A stretch of 64,000 nucleotides of DNA from NCBI RefSeq assembly GCF_003790525.1, contig NZ_CP033634.1; one strand, 5' to 3'. Below, piece by piece: positions 41,033-52,010 of the stretch. Within the stretch, counting starts at the first letter, position 1; the number at the start of each line of letters is the position of its first letter. The DNA comes from Escherichia coli (GTDB lineage: Bacteria; Pseudomonadota; Gammaproteobacteria; Enterobacterales; Enterobacteriaceae). Made by a program: the position numbers and the translations under genes. The notes beneath the pieces were generated by a model. The model was not told the DNA's origin. It did no database searches and saw nothing but the letters and a program-made list of their open reading frames with translations.

Positions 41033-41448
41033 TGACACTGGCGGGGTAAATCCCCGCCTTTTTCCTGCCGGTCCCCGGACAGAGCACAAAGGAAGTCGCC
41101 GCCGGCTCCGCTTTACCCGGCCATGCGGGGCATGGCCTTGTGGATTTTCAGTTATGTGGCCTCAGCGTCGTGTGCGGGCTGTGCCGTGCCTCCATCGTAG
41201 CCGGGCTTCTGCGGGCGGGTTGCAAGGTAAGGTGAACCGCTGCGGTCACCCGGTCCCTCCTTCCCGTCTGCCGTGATTTTCCGGTCGTTCACCCGCTCAG
41301 ATTTCGCGGTCTCACCCTCCAACTCCCGCCAGCCGTGTGCGTCAGGCTGCGGCTTCCCTTGCGCCCTTGCAACCCTGCAGGCCCGGCAAAGATGGAGGCA
41401 CGGCACCGCCCGGTGTCGCGGAATATGTGAACAACGGAGGAAAACATC

Positions 41449-41874
41449 ATGCAATATGCGAAACCTGTCACTCTGAATGTTGAAGAGTGCGACCGTCTGT
41501 TTTTTCTGCCTTACCTGTTTGGCCAGGATTTTCTGTATGCCGAGGCATCTGTGTACGCGCTGGCGAAAAAAATGATGCCGGAATATGACGGCGGATTCTG
41601 GCACTTCATCCGCCTGCCGGACGGTGGCGGTTACATGATGCCGGATGGCGACCGTTTTCATCTGGTCAACGGTGAAAACTGGTTTGACCGTACGGTCAGC
41701 GCCGATGCCGCAGGCATCATTGTGACTTCCCTTGTGATTAACCGTCAGTTGTGGCTGTACCACGACAGCGGTGATGCAGGACTGACTCACCTGTACAGGA
41801 TGCGCGATGCGCAGTTGTGGAGCCACATCGAATTTCACCCCGAATGCAATGCGATTTACGCGGCACTGGACTGA
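41449..41874 (+). CDS. klcA: KlcA/ArdB-family antirestriction protein
   Basis: 141-aa product; size, leading-region position and recalled KlcA/ArdB family resemblance. Confidence 0.7.
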   Translation: MQYAKPVTLNVEECDRLFFLPYLFGQDFLYAEASVYALAKKMMPEYDGGFWHFIRLPDGGGYMMPDGDRFHLVNGENWFDRTVSADAAGIIVTSLVINRQLWLYHDSGDAGLTHLYRMRDAQLWSHIEFHPECNAIYAALD

Positions 41875-41920
41875 TTAACGGACGGGGCGGCAATGCCGCC
41901 CCTGTAAAGGAGACGAGAAC

Positions 41921-42343
41921 ATGTACTGTACTGTTAAAGAAATTATCCGCGAAGTGCTGGATACAGACGTGCCGGACAGTGAATGCGTTTTTGCCGTGGT
42001 GCTGACCCGTGGGGATGTGCGCCACATAGCTCAGGACTGGAGTCTGGCAGACGATGAGCTGGAAACCGTCATGCAGCGGCTGGACGATGCCTTTGAGCAT
42101 GGTGCGGATGTCAGCGTTGTTCACGACGTTGTTCGTGAACTGATGGAAGAAAAGCGCGCCAGCCGTCATGTGACAGTCCCGGCGATGATGCTGGAAAAAG
42201 TGATGGCGCTGGCAGGCAGTGAAATGAAGCGCCTGTATGCCGTCGGAAGTGAGAACGGGGGCGACGGTGACGCATTCGTCAGGGAGGAACGCGAAGCAAT
42301 GGACGTTGTGTTACAGGCGCTGGACGGGGAGACGATGTCATGA
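41921..42343 (+). CDS. Hypothetical leading-region protein
   Basis: 140-aa ORF with an AGGAGA-type ribosome-binding site. Confidence 0.55.
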   Translation: MYCTVKEIIREVLDTDVPDSECVFAVVLTRGDVRHIAQDWSLADDELETVMQRLDDAFEHGADVSVVHDVVRELMEEKRASRHVTVPAMMLEKVMALAGSEMKRLYAVGSENGGDGDAFVREEREAMDVVLQALDGETMS

Positions 42344-42531
42344 ATATCAGCACAGAAACCCGCGAAATTCTGCGTAATTACAGGGCCGTGATTAATGCGC
42401 GGCGTCGTGAAATGGGGCAGAAACCGCTCACCACCGCGCAGATTGTTGATGAAATCTGCGATTTTGTGGCGAATCAGCAGGCGGTTTTCCTAGGCGGTCA
42501 CTACATCTTACAGGGCAGCAGAAACAGGTGA
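42340..42531 (+). CDS. Hypothetical small protein
   Basis: 63-aa ORF overlapping the upstream stop. Confidence 0.4.
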   Translation: MNISTETREILRNYRAVINARRREMGQKPLTTAQIVDEICDFVANQQAVFLGGHYILQGSRNR

Positions 42532-42720
42532 TACAGGGGCAGGCGGTGGAGGCCGCCTGTCAGCCCGCGCGAAAACCCCTGGCAGGCTGACGCCTGCCGG
42601 AAGGGAAGCGGGCCACGCTGGCGCGTCGCCCGTTACCCTTCCCGTCTGTGATGTGTCTGACTCAGGAGTGTTTCTTTCTTATGTTATGGAACTGTTCCTG
42701 ATGTTGTTGTTCCTTTATCT

Positions 42721-43335
42721 GCTGCTCTGATTCTGACTACTGCAGTGTTGTTCTGTCTGCCGGGCGCACCTTCGGCTCCCGGCTGCCTGGCGGCATCCGG
42801 TCGTCAGGCCCGACTCCGACAGGCAGCTGCTGGCGCACCCGCCAGTCTCCGCCGAACCCGCTGGCGCGGTTTCGGGCTGTCGCTACGGTCCGATGCGTGA
42901 AAACCCCGGGCTTGCAGCGACCGTTCCGGTCGCGCCGCCTCTGTCGCGCCGTGGCCTGCGCTCCAGGCATCCCGGCAAAAAGACGCCGGGATGTAAGGCG
43001 CAACGCCGTTTCGCAAACCGCGCTTCACGTCGTTGCTGCGGGTCCCTGCTCATTGCCTGCCGGGTGCCACACACCCGTATGAGTCCCTGTCGCCGGGGGC
43101 ATAGACAGCCACAACCTGCCGCACTGACTGTCCAGGGTAAATGAACAGCCCACAAAATTTTTTACCCAGAACCCGGTAAAAAATTTTGCGTTCTGCCCAG
43201 GACAGGTGCGTCAGGCCGTGGCAGTGATGCCCCTTGCGGCGAAGGTTCTCAAACGGGTGAAGTTCATACCACAGGGAATACAGCAGCAGGTTCCCGCGAA
43301 ACGTCAAAACCGCGGCTCCCGAAACTCAACGGGTG
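42721..43335 (+). repeat. Frpo/ssi-like leading-region repeat, copy 1 (putative single-stranded-DNA promoter element)
   Basis: About 600 bp of GC-rich non-coding sequence recurring near-identically at 46052-46675 and, with an internal deletion, at 51454-52010; each copy precedes a plus-strand gene cluster. Confidence 0.6.
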
Positions 43336-43570
43336 ATGTTCTTTAAAAATCAGGATTTATTTCAGGCTCCGGCAATACGCATTTATGTGTTCTGTCAGTC
43401 ATCCGGCTGGCAGGTAATGAGAACGCAGGAACAGAAGGAGGAAAACACCGGAGAACGTCAGACGCAGATATGAAAAAAGCAGGTCAGGGACCTGCTTAAT
43501 CCACGCCGTAAGAATTGCGCAACCAATTTTGACGGCATTGTTAACCAATTTGTCATAAGGAGTTTCATTT

Positions 43571-43801
43571 ATGACGGTAAGTATTGTTTCACCTTCCGCA
43601 GCGGCTGTAAAGCCCCGCCGTCATCCCCGTTTCAGACGCGAAGACATCCCCGCGCCGGAAATTGACCCCGTGCTGAAAGCCTTCGGGCGACACATAGCCC
43701 GGAGTTTTCACCGGGGGCGTGGTGTACACATCCCCGCCATGAAAAACACGGCCTTCGGGCAGGTGCTCCGCACACTCGAACTGAAACGCGCTTTTAACTG
43801 A
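43571..43801 (+). CDS. Hypothetical small basic protein
   Basis: 76-aa ORF downstream of Frpo copy 1. Confidence 0.4.
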   Translation: MTVSIVSPSAAAVKPRRHPRFRREDIPAPEIDPVLKAFGRHIARSFHRGRGVHIPAMKNTAFGQVLRTLELKRAFN

Positions 43802-43852
43802 TGAGGTGAGCCGCCCCGCGAGGGGCGGCAACAGATGGAAGGAGAACATTTT

Positions 43853-45214
43853 ATGACATTAGCAGCAATCACCATGACCGCCCCGGAAGCCGCCAACCCT
43901 GTGCAGATGTACCGCGCGACCTACTCACCGGATGACAACAAACTGCGCCTGTATGCCGCGTCACGTCTTGACCCGGAGACGTATAAAAAAGTGCATGATG
44001 CCGGTTTTCGCTGGGCACCCAAACAGGCGCTGTTTGTCGCGCCAGCCTGGACACCGGGCCGGGAAGACGTGCTCCTCTCACTTGCCGGAGAGATTGAGGA
44101 TGAAGACAGCACGCTCGCTGAACGTCAGGAAGCACGGGCGGAGCGGTTTACCGGATACAGCGGAAAGCGGGCCAGTGAATCCGCACAGGCACTTGATGAA
44201 GTGGAAAGACTGGCCGCGATGATCCCGCCCGGTCAGCCCATTCTTGTGGGGCATCACAGCGAACGCCGCGCCCGTCGTGATGCGCAGCGTATTGAAAACG
44301 GCATGAAACGTGCCGTGATGCTCTTTGAGCGTGCGGAATACTGGGAGGAGCGGGCGCGGTCGGCACTGCTTCACGCGAAGTATAAAGAACGCCCGGACGT
44401 TCGCTGGCGTCGTATCAAAAAAATCGAAGCGGATTTGCGCAAGGCTGAAAAGACCATCGCGCAGTCGCAGAAATATCTGACGATGTGGCGGGCTGAATCG
44501 CTGGATCTGAATATGGCAAAACTCATCAGCAGTCATGACCATATCAGCGCCTGTTTCCCGCTGGACAGGTATCCGCGCCCGGCAGAAAAAAGCCAGTATG
44601 AAGGAAGTCGATCGTTATGGTCGGCCCTGGATGATGACATCATCACCACGGAGCAGGCCCGCGAAATTGCGATCCGCTGTCATGAACGGCAGATTCAGCA
44701 TCAACAACGCTGGGTTAACCACTATCATAACCGCCTGATCTATGAGCGTGCCATGCTGGACGAAAGCGGCGGCGTGGTTACCCGGACACAGGATTTTGAG
44801 CCGGGCGGACAGGTTTTCAGCCGGGGCGAGTGGCTGACCATCATCCGCGTGAACAAAAGCAACGGGGCGGTGAGTTCAGTCACAACGCCGAATTACAGTT
44901 TTCTCGGGTACAGCGGCACGATGAAAGTGACACCCGATCGCATCACGGACTACAAAGCACCATCGGCAGAAGAGGCTGCCGTCGCCAGTCAGGCCGCGAA
45001 GCGTCCGCCGGTAGTCAACTATCCGGGGGAAGGTTTCCGGGAAATGACAAAGGCGCAGTGGGCCGCCCTGCCCCGGGACTGTAAGGCCGTGCGCAGTGTG
45101 GCAGAGACAGAAGACCACGGGGCATACCGCTACCGCCGCACAATGGACAATAATTTCCGCCTGGTGAATGTGTATATCACTGACATGAAAATCACGGAAA
45201 TCCCACAGAAATAA
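43853..45214 (+). CDS. Large leading-region protein (recalled as DUF3560-like)
   Basis: 453 aa from the ATG at 43853 (GGAAGGAGA 7 nt upstream); the listed ORF starts 6 codons earlier. Confidence 0.65.
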   Translation: MTLAAITMTAPEAANPVQMYRATYSPDDNKLRLYAASRLDPETYKKVHDAGFRWAPKQALFVAPAWTPGREDVLLSLAGEIEDEDSTLAERQEARAERFTGYSGKRASESAQALDEVERLAAMIPPGQPILVGHHSERRARRDAQRIENGMKRAVMLFERAEYWEERARSALLHAKYKERPDVRWRRIKKIEADLRKAEKTIAQSQKYLTMWRAESLDLNMAKLISSHDHISACFPLDRYPRPAEKSQYEGSRSLWSALDDDIITTEQAREIAIRCHERQIQHQQRWVNHYHNRLIYERAMLDESGGVVTRTQDFEPGGQVFSRGEWLTIIRVNKSNGAVSSVTTPNYSFLGYSGTMKVTPDRITDYKAPSAEEAAVASQAAKRPPVVNYPGEGFREMTKAQWAALPRDCKAVRSVAETEDHGAYRYRRTMDNNFRLVNVYITDMKITEIPQK

Positions 45215-45260
45215 GGTATATCCCCCCGGGAAATCCCCGGGGGATGACGGAGATAATGAC

Positions 45261-45824
45261 ATGCACAGTCAGTTAAGAGAACGTATCCGGCTGATGCGCG
45301 CAAGGCTGGATAACGCCGCGCCGGTTGCTGAAATCCGGGCTGAATCTCAGCTTTTTGTGACTCCTGCCCCGGTCTGTGATCGCCTGGTGACGCTGGCGGA
45401 AATCAGCAACCGTGATCACATTCTGGAACCCTCTGCCGGCACCGGGGCCATACTGCTGGCGATTCGGGATACCGCGCCGGAGGCCATGTGTGATGCGGTG
45501 GAGATTAACAGCGGGCTGGTCCGGTATCTGCGGGAAAATTTTAACGGTGTCAGGGTACAGTGTGGCGACTTCATGGAATGGCAGCCGGTGCAGTATTACA
45601 GCCGGATCATTATGAATCCGCCGTTCAGTCACGGGCAGGATATCCGGCATATCCTGCGGGCTTTTTCCCTGTTGCGTCCGGGGGGCGTTCTGGTTGCCGT
45701 CTGTCTCAACGGGCCGCGCCAGCAGGAGAAGCTGTTACCGTTTTCTGACGTCCGCGAGGAGCTGCCGCGCGGCACGTTTGCTTATACCGATGTCCCGACG
45801 ATGATTATTCGTTTGCGTGCCTGA
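45261..45824 (+). CDS. Second orphan SAM-dependent methyltransferase (NPPF motif)
   Basis: ILEPSAGTGAIL (AdoMet-binding motif I) and IIMNPPFSHG (motif IV); 187 aa; no endonuclease partner. Confidence 0.7.
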   Translation: MHSQLRERIRLMRARLDNAAPVAEIRAESQLFVTPAPVCDRLVTLAEISNRDHILEPSAGTGAILLAIRDTAPEAMCDAVEINSGLVRYLRENFNGVRVQCGDFMEWQPVQYYSRIIMNPPFSHGQDIRHILRAFSLLRPGGVLVAVCLNGPRQQEKLLPFSDVREELPRGTFAYTDVPTMIIRLRA

Positions 45825-46006
45825 TGACACAGGGCTGGCGGGAGGATAAATGCCCGTCTGTCCGCGCCGGGAAAAGACCGCGCGCCGGTGGCGCTGAAAG
45901 GGGCCGCGCTCACGCGCCGCCCCTTTCATTACGCGGACGTTCTGATGGGGGCTTCTGTCTTTTCAGACCTGTCATTTGTCTGTTACTGATGATGTTGTTG
46001 TTCCTG

Positions 46007-46040
46007 CTACTGCTACTGCTACTGCTACTGCTACTGCTCT
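46007..46040 (+). repeat. Hexanucleotide tandem repeat (CTACTG)n immediately upstream of Frpo copy 2
   Basis: ctgctactgctactgctactgctactgctactgctc read directly; absent at the equivalent position of copies 1 and 3. Confidence 0.85.
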
Positions 46041-46051
46041 TCTTTTTCCTG

Positions 46052-46675
46052 CTGCTCTGATTCTGACTACTGCAGTGTTGTTCTGTCTGCCGGGCGCACC
46101 TTCGGCTCCCGGCTGCCTGGCGGCATCCGGTCGTCAGGCCCGACTCCGACAGGCAGCTGCTGGCGCACCTGCCAGTCTCCGCCGAACCCGCTGGCGCGGT
46201 TTCGGGCTGCCGCTACGGTCCGATGCGTGAAAACCCGGCTTGCAGCGACCGTTCCGGTCGCGCCGCCCCTGTCGCGCCGTGACCTGCGCTCCAGGCATCC
46301 CGGCAAAAAGACGCCGGGATGTAAGGCGCAACGCCGTTTCGCAAACCGCGCTTCACGTCGTTGCGGCGGGTCCCTGCCCGTTGTTGTGTCCGGTGCCATT
46401 CACCTGTTTAAGCCCCTGTCGCCGGGGGCTGATACAGCCACAACCTGCCGCACTGACTGTCCAGGGTAAATGAACAGCCCACAAAATTTTTTACCCAAAA
46501 CCCGGTAAAAAATTTTGCGTTCTGCCCAGGACAGGTGCGTCAGGCCGTGGCAGTGATGCCCCATGCGGCGAAGGTTCTCAAACAGGTGATGGTGAATACC
46601 GGAGGGAACAAAGAGCAGGTCCCCGCAAAACGTCAAAACCGCGGCTCCCGAAACTCAACAGATGATGGGGGCTGA
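46052..46675 (+). repeat. Frpo/ssi-like leading-region repeat, copy 2
   Basis: Near-identical to copy 1; lies directly upstream of ssb. Confidence 0.6.
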
Positions 46676-46700
46676 AAACATCAACAGAAGGAGACACATC

Positions 46701-47228
46701 ATGGCAGTTCGTGGCATTAACAAGGTCATTCTTGTCGGTCGTCTGGGAAAAGATCCGGAAGTCCGTTACATCCCAAACGGGGGCGCAGTGGCAAACCTGC
46801 AGGTGGCCACGTCAGAAAGCTGGCGCGACAAACAGACGGGGGAGATACGGGAGCAGACAGAATGGCATCGCGTGGTGCTGTTCGGCAAGCTCGCGGAAGT
46901 GGCTGGTGAGTATCTGCGCAAGGGCGCGCAGGTCTACATCGAAGGTCAGCTTCGCACCCGTAGCTGGGAGGATAACGGTATCACCCGTTACGTCACCGAA
47001 ATTCTTGTTAAGACCACGGGCACCATGCAGATGCTGGGACGTGCCGCAGGTACTCAGACTCAGCCGGAAGAGGCGCAACAGTTCAGCGGTCAGCCTCAGC
47101 CGGAATCACAGCCGGAACCGAAAAAAGGAGGCGCGAAAACGAAAGGCCGTGGACGTAAGGCCGCGCAGCCGGAGCCTCAGCAGCCGTCTGAACCCGCGTA
47201 TGACTTCGATGACGACATTCCGTTCTAA
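46701..47228 (+). CDS. ssb: Plasmid single-stranded DNA-binding protein
   Basis: [48 protein letters not shown]... OB-fold SSB with acidic DFDDDIPF tail; AAGGAG before the ATG. Confidence 0.92.
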   Translation: MAVRGINKVILVGRLGKDPEVRYIPNGGAVANLQVATSESWRDKQTGEIREQTEWHRVVLFGKLAEVAGEYLRKGAQVYIEGQLRTRSWEDNGITRYVTEILVKTTGTMQMLGRAAGTQTQPEEAQQFSGQPQPESQPEPKKGGAKTKGRGRKAAQPEPQQPSEPAYDFDDDIPF

Positions 47229-47241
47229 CGAAAGACAGTGA

Positions 47242-47517
<276 letters not shown>

Positions 47518-47580
47518 GAGAGGTGCCGGACGGGAACGCGTCCGGCAGACATACAACCATCCCGGTCAAAGGAGAAATAT

Positions 47581-49539
47581 ATGTCAGTTACAGAGTCTAA
47601 GACAAAAACGGAGCGTAAATCCAGCCGTAAACCTGCAAAAACGCAGGAAACTGTCCTGTCTGCCCTGCTGGCGCAGACGGAGGAAGTGAGCGTGCCGCTG
47701 GCCTCGCTGATTAAATCACCGCTGAATGTGCGCACGGTGCCGTATTCTGCGGAGTCCGTCAGCGAACTGGCGGAGTCCATTAAGGGCGTCGGACTGCTGC
47801 AGAATCTGGTCGTGCATACCCTGCCAGGTGACCGTTACGGTGTCGCCGCAGGTGGTCGCCGACTGGCAGCACTCAACATGCTGGCAGAGCGTGGAATCAT
47901 TCCGGCTGACTGGCCTGTCCGCGTGAAAATTATTCCGCAGGAACTGGCGACGGCTGCATCGATGACCGAGAACGGTCATCGTCGGGATATGCACCCTGCC
48001 GAACAGATTGCCGGATTCCGCGCAATGGCGCAGGAAGGCAAAACACCTGCACAAATCGGTGATTTGCTGGGCTATTCACCCCGCCACGTTCAGCGAATGC
48101 TGAAACTGGCAGACCTTGCGCCTGTCATTCTCGATGCGCTGGCAGAGGACCGCATCACCACAGAGCACTGTCAGGCGCTGGCGCTGGAGAACGACACCGC
48201 GCGTCAGGTGCAGGTGTTTGAAGCCGCCTGTCAGTCAGGATGGGGCGGTAAACCGGAAGTGCAGACCATTCGTCGTCTGGTGACCGAAAGTGAAGTGGCG
48301 GTGGCGGGGAACAGTAAATTCCGCTTCGTGGGGGCTGATGCCTTCTCGCCAGATGAACTGCGCACCGATTTGTTCAGCGACGACGAGGGTGGCTATGTGG
48401 ACTGCGTGGCGCTCGATGCCGCCCTGCTGGAAAAACTCCAGGCTGTTGCTGAACACCTTCGGGAAGCCGAAGGCTGGGAATGGTGCGCCGGACGTATGGA
48501 GCCTGTCGGTTTCTGCCGTGAGGATGCCGGAACATACCGCAGTCTGCCGGAGCCGGAAGCGGTGCTGACGGAGGCGGAAGAAGAACGCCTGAACGAACTG
48601 ATGGCACGTTACGACGCGCTGGAAAATCAGTGTGAGGAATCCGACCTGCTGGAAGCAGAAATGAAGCTGATTGACTGCATGGCGAAGGTCAGGGCGTGGA
48701 CGCCGGAGATGCGTGCCGGAAGTGGCTTGGTGGTATCCTGGCGTTATGGAAACGTATGTGTCCAGCGTGGTGTGCAGTTGCGCAGTGAGGATGACGTGGC
48801 TGACGACGCTGGCCGCACGGAACAGGTGCAGGAGAAAGCCTCCGTGGAGGGAATCAGTCTGCCGCTGCTGACGAAAATGTCTTCCGAACGCACGCTGGCA
48901 GTCCAGGCGGCACTCATGCAGCAACCGGACAAATCCCTGGCACTGCTGGCATGGACGCTCTGCCTGAATGTGTTTGGCAGCGGAGCGTACAGTAAACCAG
49001 CACAAATCAGCCTGGAATGTGAACATTATTCGCTGACCAGCGATGCGCCATCGGGGAAGGAAGGTGCCGCATTCATGGCGCTGATGGCAGAAAAAGCCCG
49101 TCTTGCTGCCCTGTTGCCGGAGGGATGGGCACGGGACATGACGACGTTCCTGTCACTCAGTCAGGAGGTGCTGTTATCCCTGCTCAGTTTCTGCACCGCA
49201 TGCAGCCTTAACGGTGTCCAGACCCGTGAGTGTGGTCACACGTCACGCAGTCCGCTTGACTCGCTGGAAACCGCTATCGGATTCCACATGCGCGACTGGT
49301 GGCAGCCGACAAAAGCAAACTTCTTCGGACACCTGAAAAAGCCGCAGATTATCGCAGCCCTGAATGATGCCGGACTGTCCGGTGCCGCACGGGACGCGGA
49401 GAAGATGAAGAAAGGCGATGCGGCTGAACATGCAGAGTTCCACATGAAAGACAACCGCTGGGTGCCTGGCTGGATGTGTGCACCACGTCCACAGACGGAT
49501 GCCACTGAACGCACCGCTAACCTGGCTGATGCCGCCTGA
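47581..49539 (+). CDS. ParB-like nuclease-domain protein of the leading region
   Basis: 652 aa; N-terminal ParB/Srx-like motif (GLLQNLVVHTLPGDRYGVAAGGRRLAA). Confidence 0.8.
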   Translation: MSVTESKTKTERKSSRKPAKTQETVLSALLAQTEEVSVPLASLIKSPLNVRTVPYSAESVSELAESIKGVGLLQNLVVHTLPGDRYGVAAGGRRLAALNMLAERGIIPADWPVRVKIIPQELATAASMTENGHRRDMHPAEQIAGFRAMAQEGKTPAQIGDLLGYSPRHVQRMLKLADLAPVILDALAEDRITTEHCQALALENDTARQVQVFEAACQSGWGGKPEVQTIRRLVTESEVAVAGNSKFRFVGADAFSPDELRTDLFSDDEGGYVDCVALDAALLEKLQAVAEHLREAEGWEWCAGRMEPVGFCREDAGTYRSLPEPEAVLTEAEEERLNELMARYDALENQCEESDLLEAEMKLIDCMAKVRAWTPEMRAGSGLVVSWRYGNVCVQRGVQLRSEDDVADDAGRTEQVQEKASVEGISLPLLTKMSSERTLAVQAALMQQPDKSLALLAWTLCLNVFGSGAYSKPAQISLECEHYSLTSDAPSGKEGAAFMALMAEKARLAALLPEGWARDMTTFLSLSQEVLLSLLSFCTACSLNGVQTRECGHTSRSPLDSLETAIGFHMRDWWQPTKANFFGHLKKPQIIAALNDAGLSGAARDAEKMKKGDAAEHAEFHMKDNRWVPGWMCAPRPQTDATERTANLADAA

Positions 49540-49590
49540 TGAACAACCACACCGCCCCGCCGGAGACGGGGCGGCAGAGGGAGAAATACG

Positions 49591-50028
49591 ATGATGAATA
49601 CCGAACTGACACTGAATGCCCTGCAGTCCATGAATGCCCAGGAATATGAAGAAATCCGTGCTGCGGGAAGCGATATGCGCCGTAATCTCACTCACGAGGT
49701 GATGCGTGAAGTGGACGCACCGGCTAACTGGATGATGAATGGCGAGTATGGCAGCGAGTTCGGGGGCTTTTTCCCCGTCCAGGTTCGTTTCACGCCAGCC
49801 CACGAACGTTTCCACCTGGCATTATGTTCGCCGGGAGACGTCTCTCAGCTCTGGGTGCTGGTTCTGGTGAATGCCGGTGGTGAGCCGTTTGCGGTGGTTC
49901 AGGTGCAGCGGCGGTTTGCACCGGAAGCTGTCAGCCATTCACTGGCACTGGCGGCGTCACTGGATGCGCAGGGGTACAGCGTTAACGACATCATTCATAT
50001 CCTGATGGCGGAAGGAGGTCAGGCATGA
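49591..50028 (+). CDS. psiB: PsiB plasmid SOS-inhibition protein (alternative start 49594)
   Basis: ...[26 protein letters not shown]...[33 protein letters not shown]... near-identical to recalled F PsiB. Confidence 0.92.
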   Translation: MMNTELTLNALQSMNAQEYEEIRAAGSDMRRNLTHEVMREVDAPANWMMNGEYGSEFGGFFPVQVRFTPAHERFHLALCSPGDVSQLWVLVLVNAGGEPFAVVQVQRRFAPEAVSHSLALAASLDAQGYSVNDIIHILMAEGGQA

Positions 50029-50744
50029 GCGCACGTTCACAGGCACTGGTTCCTCTCAGCACAGAGCAACAGGCCGCATGGCGGGCGGTGGCGGAGACCG
50101 AAAAACGCCGCCATCAGGGTAACACGCTGGCTGAATATCCGTATGCGGGGGCGTTTTTCCGCTGTCTGAACGGAAGCCGCAGGATTTCGCTGTCTGACCT
50201 GCGATTTTTCATGCCATCCCTGACCGCAGAAGAACTGCACGGCAGCCGTCTTCAGTGGCTGTATGCCATCGATGTGCTGATTGAAACACAGGGCGAGGTC
50301 TGCCTCCTTCCCCTTCCCGGTGATGCAGCAGAGCGCTTGTTCCCGTCGGTGCGGTTTCGTGTCAGGGAACGCAGTCGCCATAAATCCGCGCTGGTCATGC
50401 AGAAGTACAGCCGCCAGCAGGCGAGGGAGGCAGAGCAGAAAGCCCGTGCGTACCAGGCGCTGGTCGCTCAGGCTGAAATCGAACTGGCATTCCATTCGCC
50501 GGAAACAGTCGGAAGCTGGCATGCACGCTGGAGTGACCGGGTGGCAGAGCATGACCTGGAAACCCTGTTCTGGCAGTGGGGCGAGCGTTTTCCGTCACTG
50601 GCCGGAATGGAACGCTGGCAGTGGCAGGATATGCCGTTCTGGCAGGTTATTGCGGAAGCCAGTCTTGCAGCAAGAGAGGCCGGTCACGCTGTCCGTGAGA
50701 TGGAGCGGTGGATGGTGCCGAACAAACTCCGGGAGGCAGCGTGA
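50025..50744 (+). CDS. psiA: PsiA
   Basis: 239-aa product downstream of and overlapping psiB, as in F. Confidence 0.9.
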   Translation: MSARSQALVPLSTEQQAAWRAVAETEKRRHQGNTLAEYPYAGAFFRCLNGSRRISLSDLRFFMPSLTAEELHGSRLQWLYAIDVLIETQGEVCLLPLPGDAAERLFPSVRFRVRERSRHKSALVMQKYSRQQAREAEQKARAYQALVAQAEIELAFHSPETVGSWHARWSDRVAEHDLETLFWQWGERFPSLAGMERWQWQDMPFWQVIAEASLAAREAGHAVREMERWMVPNKLREAA

Positions 50745-50924
50745 TGCGGCAACAATCACACGGATTTCCCGTGAACGGTCTGAATGAGCGGATTATTTTC
50801 AGGGAAAGTGAGTGTGGTCAGCGTGCAGGTATATGGGCTATGATGTGCCCGGCGCTTGAGGCTTTCTGCCTCATGACGTGAAGGTGGTTTGTTGCCGTGT
50901 TGTGTGGCAGAAAGAAGATAGCCC

Positions 50925-51000
50925 CGTAGTAAGTTAATTTTCATTAACCACCACGAGGCATCCCTATGTCTAGTCCACATCAGGATAGCCTCTTACCGCG
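50925..51000 (-). ncRNA. sok: Putative Sok antisense RNA (approximate)
   Basis: Position inferred from the hok/sok paradigm (antisense across the mok start region). Confidence 0.35.
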
Positions 51001-51178
51001 CTTTGCGCAAGGAGAAGAAGGCCATGAAACTACCACGAAGTTCCCTTGTCTGGTGTGTGTTGATCGTGTGTCTCACACTGTTGATATTCACTTATCTGAC
51101 ACGAAAATCGCTGTGCGAGATTCGTTACAGAGACGGACACAGGGAGGTGGCGGCTTTCATGGCTTACGAATCCGGTAA
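50966..51178 (+). CDS. mok: Mok-like overlapping reading frame of the hok/sok locus
   Basis: 70-codon frame overlapping hok in the +2 register, as described for R1 hok/sok. Confidence 0.55.
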   Translation: MSSPHQDSLLPRFAQGEEGHETTTKFPCLVCVDRVSHTVDIHLSDTKIAVRDSLQRRTQGGGGFHGLRIR

Positions 51179-51182
51179 GTAG
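51024..51182 (+). CDS. hok: Hok host-killing toxin (type I toxin-antitoxin; flmA-like)
   Basis: [52 protein letters not shown], 52 aa, matching recalled Hok. Confidence 0.9.
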   Translation: MKLPRSSLVWCVLIVCLTLLIFTYLTRKSLCEIRYRDGHREVAAFMAYESGK

Positions 51183-51453
51183 CAACCTGGAGGCGGGCGC
51201 AGGCCCGCCTTTTCAGGACTGATGCTGGTCTGACTACTGAAGCGCCTTTATAAAGGGGCTGCTGGTTCGCCGGTAGCCCCTTTCTCCTTGCTGATGTTGT
51301 ACGGGCATGAACAACCTGACTTCAGGAAGGTCGTTTCCCTTCAGGAACGGGGATGAACGCGCGCCTGCGGCGCCCGTTCTTTTCCCCCGCCTTCTCTGGT
51401 TACGGCCTGTCAGAAATCACATCACCTTCCCTGTGATTATTCTCTTTTTCTTC

Positions 51454-52010
51454 CTGCTCTGATTCTGACTACTGCAGTGTTGTCCTGTCTGCTGGCGCAC
51501 CTGCCAGTCTCCGCCGAACCCGCTGGCGCGGTTTCGGGCTGTCGCTACGGTCCGATGCGTGAAAACCCCGGGCTTGCAGCGACCGTTCCGGTCGCGCCGC
51601 CTCTGTCGCGCCGTGGCCTGCGCTCCTGGCATCCCGGCAAAAAGACGCCGGGATGTAAGGCGCAACGCCGTTTCGCAAACCGCGCTTCACGTCGTTGCTG
51701 CGGGTCCCTGCCCGTTGTTGTGTCCGGTGCCATTCACCTGTTTAAGCCCCTGTCGCCGGGGGCTGATACAGCCACAACCTGCCGCACTGACTGTCCAGGG
51801 TAAATGAACAGCCCACAAAATTTTTTACCCAAAACCCGGTAAAAAATTTTGCGTTCTGCCCAGGACAGGTGCGTCAGGCCGTGGCAGTGATGCCCCTTGC
51901 GGCGAAGGTTCTCAAACAGGTGATGGTGAATACCGGAGGGAACAAAGAGCAGGTCCCCGCAAAACGTCAAAACCGCGGCTCCCGAAACTCAACAGATGAT
52001 GGGGGCTGAA
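51454..52010 (+). repeat. Frpo/ssi-like leading-region repeat, copy 3 (about 70-bp internal deletion relative to copies 1 and 2)
   Basis: Same start (ctgctctgattctgactactgcagtgttg) and end (cgtcaaaaccgcggctcccgaaactcaac) as the other copies. Confidence 0.6.

Noticed and set aside
42737-43307. Multiple overlapping 60-90-aa ORFs in all frames inside the Frpo repeats (also at 46067-46636 and 51417-51970)
   Set aside because: They recur in every repeat copy on both strands with Arg/Pro-rich low-complexity products, consistent with GC-rich structured non-coding DNA.
45824-46060. ORF encoding a poly-leucine protein (…LLLLLLLLLLLLFFFLLL)
   Set aside because: Translation artefact of the (CTACTG)n microsatellite and the start of the Frpo repeat.
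50966-51182. Treating mok as an independent protein-coding toxin gene
   Set aside because: In the hok/sok paradigm mok is a translational-coupling frame overlapping hok; it is kept as a low-confidence feature, not a separate functional call.
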